Source: a virus
Direction: 5' to 3' (one strand)
Length of the DNA: 64,000 bases
IMG/VR virus record: IMGVR_UViG_3300020473_000015
The position numbers and the translations under genes were made by a program. Under the pieces are notes generated by a model, which was given only the letters and a program-made list of their open reading frames with translations, had not been told where the DNA came from and searched no databases. This document shows, one piece after another, positions 58,514 through 64,000 of this stretch (position 1 is its first letter; each line of letters begins with the position of its first letter).

Positions 58514-59309
58514 AATAGGCATCAATCACAATGGTGATACAGAATTAGCAAAACGATTAATCGACGCTGCGATATTATCAGGATGTGATTATGCTAAATT
58601 TCAAAAGCGAACCCCAGACATTTGCGTACCAGAAGCGCAAAAGAATAAACTAAGAGAAACGCCATGGGGAAAAATTAAATACATAGATTACAAAAAAAAG
58701 ATAGAATTTGAGAAACAAGAATATGATGAGTTGTTTGATTACGTCAAAGACAAACCAATTGAGATTTTCTCATCAGTTTGGGATAAACCATCTGTCGATT
58801 TTATGAAAAACTATGGTGGCCCTATGAAGATAGGATCTGCGCTCATTACTGATTTGGAGCTTTGTAAACATGCAAGAAACAACACCGATCTTCTGATTAT
58901 AAGCACAGGTATGAGTACCGAAAAAGAGATAGAAGACTGTATTAATGCTTGTAATCCAGATGTCGTAATGCATACAAACTCAACTTATCCGACACCGGTC
59001 GAAGAAATCAATTTAAGTTACATCAATTGGCTTCAAAACAAATGGACAAATAAGGAGATTGGATATTCTGGACATGAGTATGGTCTAGTTACAACCTTTG
59101 CGTCCGTGGCCATGGGATGTACTTGGGTTGAAAGACATTTGACATTAGATAGGACAATGTGGGGATCTGATCACCTAGCCTCTGTTGAGCCACAAGGTTT
59201 TATGAAACTTGTTAAAGGTATCAGAGACATAGAAAAGTCTATGGGGCAGAGTGGACCTAGAGTTTGCCGCGGCAGCGAATTAAGCAAGCGAGAAAGTTTG
59301 AGAAAATGA
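58479..59309 (+). CDS. neuB: N-acetylneuraminate synthase family (NeuB/PseI/LegI-like), no SAF domain
   Basis: IIAEIGINHNG, AKFQKR, ISTGM, YP, GYSGHE, ERHLTLD. Confidence 0.88.
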   Translation: MSIIKKTKIIAEIGINHNGDTELAKRLIDAAILSGCDYAKFQKRTPDICVPEAQKNKLRETPWGKIKYIDYKKKIEFEKQEYDELFDYVKDKPIEIFSSVWDKPSVDFMKNYGGPMKIGSALITDLELCKHARNNTDLLIISTGMSTEKEIEDCINACNPDVVMHTNSTYPTPVEEINLSYINWLQNKWTNKEIGYSGHEYGLVTTFASVAMGCTWVERHLTLDRTMWGSDHLASVEPQGFMKLVKGIRDIEKSMGQSGPRVCRGSELSKRESLRK

Positions 59310-59965
59310 ACTTAGAGTTAAAAGAAAACGGGTTCATAGTAATCCCAGGCGTATTTCAGTCCGAGCAAATTAAAGAAATGAGATCTTTATGCTATCAGTA
59401 CTTTAGTGACGGGGGCGGCTTTAAAAATGCTGGTGGACACGCAAAGCCGGATTGGATTAAAGAATCTAATTTAAAAAAAGTACTTGACCTTTATCAAGTT
59501 GAAAACATAAGAAATATTATAACTGAAAATGTTGGCGAAGAAGTTCATTTTATAGGACACAACGATCTTCATTTAAATAGAAGTGTAGGGTGGCACAAGG
59601 ATCGTTTAAACGGCGAAACTAGAAAATTTGAAGTCAACTCACCATGGGAAAAAGTAGATGGTGAAACAATGAAGATTTATAAAGTTAATTTATATCTTCA
59701 GGATCATAGTAACAACAACGATGGCTTTACAGTAAGGGTTGGTAGCCACTCATCTCCAAATATGAATGAAGGCCATATCAAACAGATTTATCCAAATCTT
59801 GGAGATATTATCCTATTCGACCAGAGAATTACACATATGGCTAAATGGTCTGGTGGTTATAATCGCTTTTTAATTTGTATGGGGTTCGGTGTTAAAAACT
59901 GTTTTTTTGAACAGTTCAAAAAAGGAACAGAGTTCAGACAAAATAAACAAAATGGAATTTTATAA
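59306..59965 (+). CDS. PhyH-like 2OG-Fe(II) dioxygenase
   Basis: GWHKD (HxD), GSH, GDIILFDQRITH. Confidence 0.75.
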   Translation: MNLELKENGFIVIPGVFQSEQIKEMRSLCYQYFSDGGGFKNAGGHAKPDWIKESNLKKVLDLYQVENIRNIITENVGEEVHFIGHNDLHLNRSVGWHKDRLNGETRKFEVNSPWEKVDGETMKIYKVNLYLQDHSNNNDGFTVRVGSHSSPNMNEGHIKQIYPNLGDIILFDQRITHMAKWSGGYNRFLICMGFGVKNCFFEQFKKGTEFRQNKQNGIL

Positions 59966-60964
59966 ATGAAGAAGGCTTTGCACATATATGCAGTGAATGG
60001 AAAAGCAAATTCTGGTGATTTTTTTCTGGGACCGGCAACAAAATTTAGATTTGAAAAGATAGTAGGAGAATCTATTACTTGGTCAAATTTTGACGTAAGG
60101 ATCAAAGTCACGGAAAAGGAAATTTCACATTTTAATAAATTTGATTACATTGTCCTCGGCGGTGGAGGCTTATTTTTACCAGACACAAATCCAAATATGA
60201 CTTCATGTTGGCAATGGGCATGCCCCGCCGAAATTATGAAGAAAATAACTACAGAAGTCCACATAGTCAGTGTTGGGTGGAACCATTTTTATGGTCAAGA
60301 TATCACAATGCCAGATAGAGGCAGCAACAAAAGCAACCCTAAAAGATTACAAATTTTCAAAAATAACATAGAAACTTTACTACAAATTAGCCAAAGTTTT
60401 ACTATGAGACATAAAGGTGATGTTGAAGAGTTGAAGAAGATAATCGACCCAGAATTACATGATAAAGTTCAATTTGCTTTTTGTCCTGTTGTGGAGTTCA
60501 TTGAGTCTAAATACAAAAAAGATTTTAAATCTGGAGAGTTAATCGCTTTTGAAATAAAAGATGATAGACCAAATAGGCGTTATTATAAGAAAAGTAGAAA
60601 GGAATTTTACTTAGAATTACTTCAGTTTATAAAGCATTTAATTGATTCTGGAGAGAAAATAGCTGTAATGTCTCACGACGGCAGTGCTTCTTTCGCAAGG
60701 TTTTTACAGAGTCAGAAAATTCCATTTGCTTATTTAAATAATACAGTTGCCAATCAGGATAAAATAATAGAAAATTATTCAAAGGTTAAAAAACTGTTCT
60801 GCACGGCCGGTCACAGTCAGATGACTGCTTATGCTTTAGGGTTGAATTTCTATAGTTTGATAACTCATGATAAATTAAAGTTTTTTCTTGAAGATAATAA
60901 TATGCTGTTGGAGAATAATTTTTGCTTAGTAAATGAGCAAAAATTAACTGAAAAATATAAATGA
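59966..60964 (+). CDS. Polysaccharide pyruvyltransferase-like protein
   Basis: NSGD, VLGGGGLF, SVG, MR motifs. Confidence 0.6.
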   Translation: MKKALHIYAVNGKANSGDFFLGPATKFRFEKIVGESITWSNFDVRIKVTEKEISHFNKFDYIVLGGGGLFLPDTNPNMTSCWQWACPAEIMKKITTEVHIVSVGWNHFYGQDITMPDRGSNKSNPKRLQIFKNNIETLLQISQSFTMRHKGDVEELKKIIDPELHDKVQFAFCPVVEFIESKYKKDFKSGELIAFEIKDDRPNRRYYKKSRKEFYLELLQFIKHLIDSGEKIAVMSHDGSASFARFLQSQKIPFAYLNNTVANQDKIIENYSKVKKLFCTAGHSQMTAYALGLNFYSLITHDKLKFFLEDNNMLLENNFCLVNEQKLTEKYK

Positions 60965-61995
60965 TAAATTACGTTCAAAATAAAAGAATTGATTCCGATT
61001 TGTTTTCTAAGTTTCTATTTGACAGCCACAAGACAAATCAATTTACGAATAATGGTCCTGCTAAATTTATTTTAGAGAAGAAGCTAGAAGAGATTCTAGA
61101 AATAGATGACGATAGGGCTGTTTTATGTACAACCAATGGGACGCTAGCATGGCATGCCATTTATCTTTTTTTGCGGAAACAAAATCATGAATATAGAATG
61201 GTTACGCCATCTTTTACTTTTCCTTCTTGTGCTAGCACTCTTAATAAAATTAAAATCTTAGATATTGATGAAAAAACATACACTTTGCCACTAACAGAAA
61301 AAAATTTGATTGAAAATGATGTTTTTGTTATTACAAATTTATTTGGAACTTATCCAAAGAATCTTGAAGATTGGATTGGTTCTTGTAAAAAAATGAACAA
61401 AGTTTTAATCTTTGATAACGCCTCTTCTCCCATGACAAAGGTTGATGGTGTTAATATATGTAACTTTGGTGATTTTTCTTTTGGTTCGCTACATCATACA
61501 AAATTTTTAGGATTTGGTGAAGGGGGTTTTATTGTTCTAAAAAAGGATCTCTATCAAGAGTTTGAAAAAATTCTTGGTTTTGGGTTTTCAAAAACCGCTA
61601 TAAAAAGAAAATATGATAAGTTTAGTTCAAATTTAAAAATGTCTGATATCTCTGCCGCAGCAATATTACAACATATTGAAAGATACAAAATTGAAGATTA
61701 TAAACGAGTTCAAAGTCGACTTGTTAAGGGTGTTGAAAATTTAAACAATGTCGAGATTTTTAATTTTTCCGAAGGTGTCGTTTATGGAAACTTACCTATA
61801 ATTTATAATGACAAGTTTGATATTGATTTTTTCAGGATTAATGGTGTTGAGGCACAAAAATACTACTATCCCTTGAGAGAGCATAAGAATTCTTTAAACC
61901 TTTTTGATAGAATGATAAACATTCCACTACATTCAGATCTGAATGAGTGTCAGATTGATAAAATTGTAAATCTGGTTAAGAGATCAATAAAATGA
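60961..61995 (+). CDS. DegT/DnrJ/EryC1/StrS PLP-dependent sugar aminotransferase
   Basis: NGTLA, PSFTF, DNAS, SLHHTKFLGFGEGG, KMSDISAA, YYP, IPLHS. Confidence 0.88.
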   Translation: MINYVQNKRIDSDLFSKFLFDSHKTNQFTNNGPAKFILEKKLEEILEIDDDRAVLCTTNGTLAWHAIYLFLRKQNHEYRMVTPSFTFPSCASTLNKIKILDIDEKTYTLPLTEKNLIENDVFVITNLFGTYPKNLEDWIGSCKKMNKVLIFDNASSPMTKVDGVNICNFGDFSFGSLHHTKFLGFGEGGFIVLKKDLYQEFEKILGFGFSKTAIKRKYDKFSSNLKMSDISAAAILQHIERYKIEDYKRVQSRLVKGVENLNNVEIFNFSEGVVYGNLPIIYNDKFDIDFFRINGVEAQKYYYPLREHKNSLNLFDRMINIPLHSDLNECQIDKIVNLVKRSIK

Positions 61996-62657
61996 AAACA
62001 ATTGCCGTATGTCAGCCTTATTTTGCGCCACACCTTGCCTACTTTCAGTTAATAAACGCTGTTGATGTTTTTGTTTCATATGATGATGTTAATTATATCA
62101 CTAGAGGGTGGATAAACAGAAACAAATTAACTATAAACAAGAAAGAGAAGATATTTACGATTCCTGTCAAAAAACAAAGCTCGTTTAGTAAAATTAATCA
62201 AATTGAAGTAGATTGGGAAAATAGAGAAATAAATAAATTATTAAAAACTGTAAATATGTCATATAGTAAAAGCAAGTATAGAGAACAGATTTTTAATTTA
62301 TTGGAAGAGATATTTTATGAAAAACCAAGATTTATATCTGATCTTTCTCTTAAATCACTAAAGGTATTTTCTGATTACTTAGAGATACAAACTTGCTTTA
62401 AAGTTTCGTCTCATGAGAATTATGTGAAGACGGGAGACAGAGTTAAAAACTTGATAAATATATGCCATGCAGAAAAAGCTAGCAGCTATATAAATTCAAT
62501 AGGTGGGACAAGTTTATACAGAAAAGAAGAATTTGCTGAACATGGGTTGAATCTAGGATTTCTGAGTGGTTTGAGCGGCCTGTCGATAATTGATGTCTGT
62601 ATGAATAACAGTATCGAAGAAATAAAAAAACAACTTCAACAATACACATTGGTCTAA
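61992..62657 (+). CDS. WbqC-like protein
   Basis: QPYFAPHLAYFQLI...FVSYDDVNYITRGWINRN, YINSIGG, SIID. Confidence 0.88.
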   Translation: MKTIAVCQPYFAPHLAYFQLINAVDVFVSYDDVNYITRGWINRNKLTINKKEKIFTIPVKKQSSFSKINQIEVDWENREINKLLKTVNMSYSKSKYREQIFNLLEEIFYEKPRFISDLSLKSLKVFSDYLEIQTCFKVSSHENYVKTGDRVKNLINICHAEKASSYINSIGGTSLYRKEEFAEHGLNLGFLSGLSGLSIIDVCMNNSIEEIKKQLQQYTLV

Positions 62658-62659
62658 AA

Positions 62660-63421
62660 ATGAAAAAATATATTCGCCCTTTGGATATGAAAAACTTAAA
62701 AGAAAACGATTTGATTCAAAAAGTCAAAAGCGCTTGGGGAGATTGTTATACAATCTATTATATTTTTAACGTTTCTAAAGAAATAGATTGGGTTTTGATG
62801 TACGAAAATCTTGCTAGCACTCTTGGAGAGATAAGAACTTGCCACCCAGTAAACAACAAGGAAACAAAGTTTTCAAAATCAAGAGATATAAAATATGAAG
62901 CGGGGGTAAATCATTATTTTGCTTCTAACATTAGACAACCTTTGCATAATGATTATGCATATTATGAAAGTAGCCAAGCCCCAGATTGGTTAATGTTGTA
63001 TTGTCTTGAGAAACCAGACTTTGGCGGCAAGACACACATTCTGTCTCTCAAAACTTTAGTTAAAATTTTGAATAGTTATAACCCTGAGTTGCTAGAAAAA
63101 ATAAAGATTGATGTCACTTGGAAATACAACGGACAAGATGGAGATAAGATTCATAAAAAGCCCATCTACAATGGTCAGTTCATAAATTGGAATTACTGGC
63201 AAATAAATCACAATCTAAATGATAAAGCTGTTGTGGAAGTTAAAGAAGAGTTCTTTAGTTTTCTTGAAAATGTTATAGTTGGAGGTTCAATGTATGATCA
63301 CTCAGTAGATTGGGCTGAAGGTGATTGTATTATTTTTAATGATAAGGTGAATTTACACTGCAGAGACGCATTTTTGGGCAACAGATGGTTAAAAGATCAT
63401 GCCTTTTTTGGCCAAACATAA
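62660..63421 (+). CDS. TauD/TfdA-family 2OG-Fe(II) dioxygenase
   Basis: LHND, LYCL...GGKT, GDCIIFND...LHCR...RWL. Confidence 0.8.
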   Translation: MKKYIRPLDMKNLKENDLIQKVKSAWGDCYTIYYIFNVSKEIDWVLMYENLASTLGEIRTCHPVNNKETKFSKSRDIKYEAGVNHYFASNIRQPLHNDYAYYESSQAPDWLMLYCLEKPDFGGKTHILSLKTLVKILNSYNPELLEKIKIDVTWKYNGQDGDKIHKKPIYNGQFINWNYWQINHNLNDKAVVEVKEEFFSFLENVIVGGSMYDHSVDWAEGDCIIFNDKVNLHCRDAFLGNRWLKDHAFFGQT

Positions 63422-63442
63422 ATGAATAAGGAATTTTAAATT

Positions 63443-64000
63443 ATGAAAATAGATAAAAATGGACTCAAACGGACATTTGAAATTAGTGTAAATACCTCTA
63501 AAGCGATGTTGGGAAGTGATGATCCTAATTTTAAAAGAATACATCATAATAACCATCATGTTCTTTTGTATATAAAAGATTATATTATGAAAGATAAATG
63601 CAAATCTTATTTTGAAATAGGGACACATTTTGGACATAGCTTATGTAGCCTTTTGCAAAGCAAGTACAAAAGTAAATTTGTTAGTTGTGACTTGTTCCTT
63701 AAGGGCTATTCAATTGCCAATGATTGTAAAGTGGAAAATGTTGAATCACTAGCTATAAACAATTCAAAACAATTTAATAAAAACGACTATGAATGCATTA
63801 TTTTAAAAGGTAATTCTCACTCACCAGAAATGTTAAATAGAGTCTCTGCAGAGTTTCCCAATGGTATAGATCTGTTATTTATAGATGGAGACCATAGAAA
63901 AAAACCAGTTATAGCAGATTTTGAAATGTATTTTCCTCTTGTCAACTCAGGAGGATATGTTGTTTTTGATGATTATTTGCCATTCGAATGGAATGGTAGA
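63443..64000 (+). CDS. Class I SAM methyltransferase (Methyltransf_24-like), truncated at the window edge
   Basis: ATG 63443; YFEIGTHFGHS, DLLFIDGDH, GGYVVFDDY; frame open to 64000. Confidence 0.85.
   Translation, partial: MKIDKNGLKRTFEISVNTSKAMLGSDDPNFKRIHHNNHHVLLYIKDYIMKDKCKSYFEIGTHFGHSLCSLLQSKYKSKFVSCDLFLKGYSIANDCKVENVESLAINNSKQFNKNDYECIILKGNSHSPEMLNRVSAEFPNGIDLLFIDGDHRKKPVIADFEMYFPLVNSGGYVVFDDYLPFEWNGR

Noticed and set aside
1426-63637. Most other short minus-strand and off-frame ORFs in the track (e.g. 1652..2128, 7034..7495, 15099..15371, 29208..29612, 38378..38836, 44242..44703, 50885..51367)
   Set aside because: They overlap well-supported + strand genes or the tmRNA, lack start signals and have no recognisable motifs.
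1-64000. Eukaryotic giant virus (suggested by AT-hooks, H1-like tail, basic NLS-like runs, glycan genes)
   Set aside because: Sigma70 promoters, Shine-Dalgarno sites, coupled operons, lipoboxes and tmRNA all indicate a bacterial expression system.
1-64000. Diversity-generating retroelement or retron behind the paralogue families
   Set aside because: No reverse transcriptase motifs (YxDD) and no template/variable repeat pair differing only at adenines were seen.

Overview
Most likely a 64 kb segment of a large (jumbo-type) tailed bacteriophage genome. Nearly all genes are on the + strand and densely packed, with sigma70-type promoters, Shine-Dalgarno sites and a tmRNA. There are no cellular housekeeping operons. 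No capsid, terminase or portal gene lies inside the window, so the phage call is an inference. Four zones are visible. (1) 1-2.2 kb: membrane/lipid and host-like genes, including a small protein resembling myxobacterial gliding protein CglF/GltF. (2) 2.2-15.4 kb: a visibly GC-richer early or host-takeover region of short cassettes behind 15 near-consensus TTGACA-N17-(G/T)ATAAT-type promoters. It includes a MoxR-AAA/VWA pair, an AT-hook protein, micro membrane peptides and a translationally coupled array of MQVGDLV SH3/KOW-like mini-genes joined by a conserved ~32-nt junction. (3) 15.5-44.1 kb: an AT-richer late-type region with a recurring ACTATTTAT upstream motif. About 20 otherwise unrelated ORFs here (kinases, HAD phosphatase, nucleotidyltransferase, GNAT/Nudix, HiPIP-like, glycosylase-like, membrane-inserting proteins) share one of two N-terminal leaders, MKLTKSQLKQIIKEEL or MKLLFENWRKYLxE. 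These look like capsid-targeting/protease-cleaved tags and are the best candidate for an undescribed system. (4) 44.2-64 kb: tmRNA, archaeal-type GAPDH, PIN-PhoH, a Cas4-like nuclease and a long glycan biosynthesis/modification cluster running off the right edge. Several independent features point to a Myxococcota/Bdellovibrionota-like host. All family assignments come from motif recognition by eye, not from database searches.
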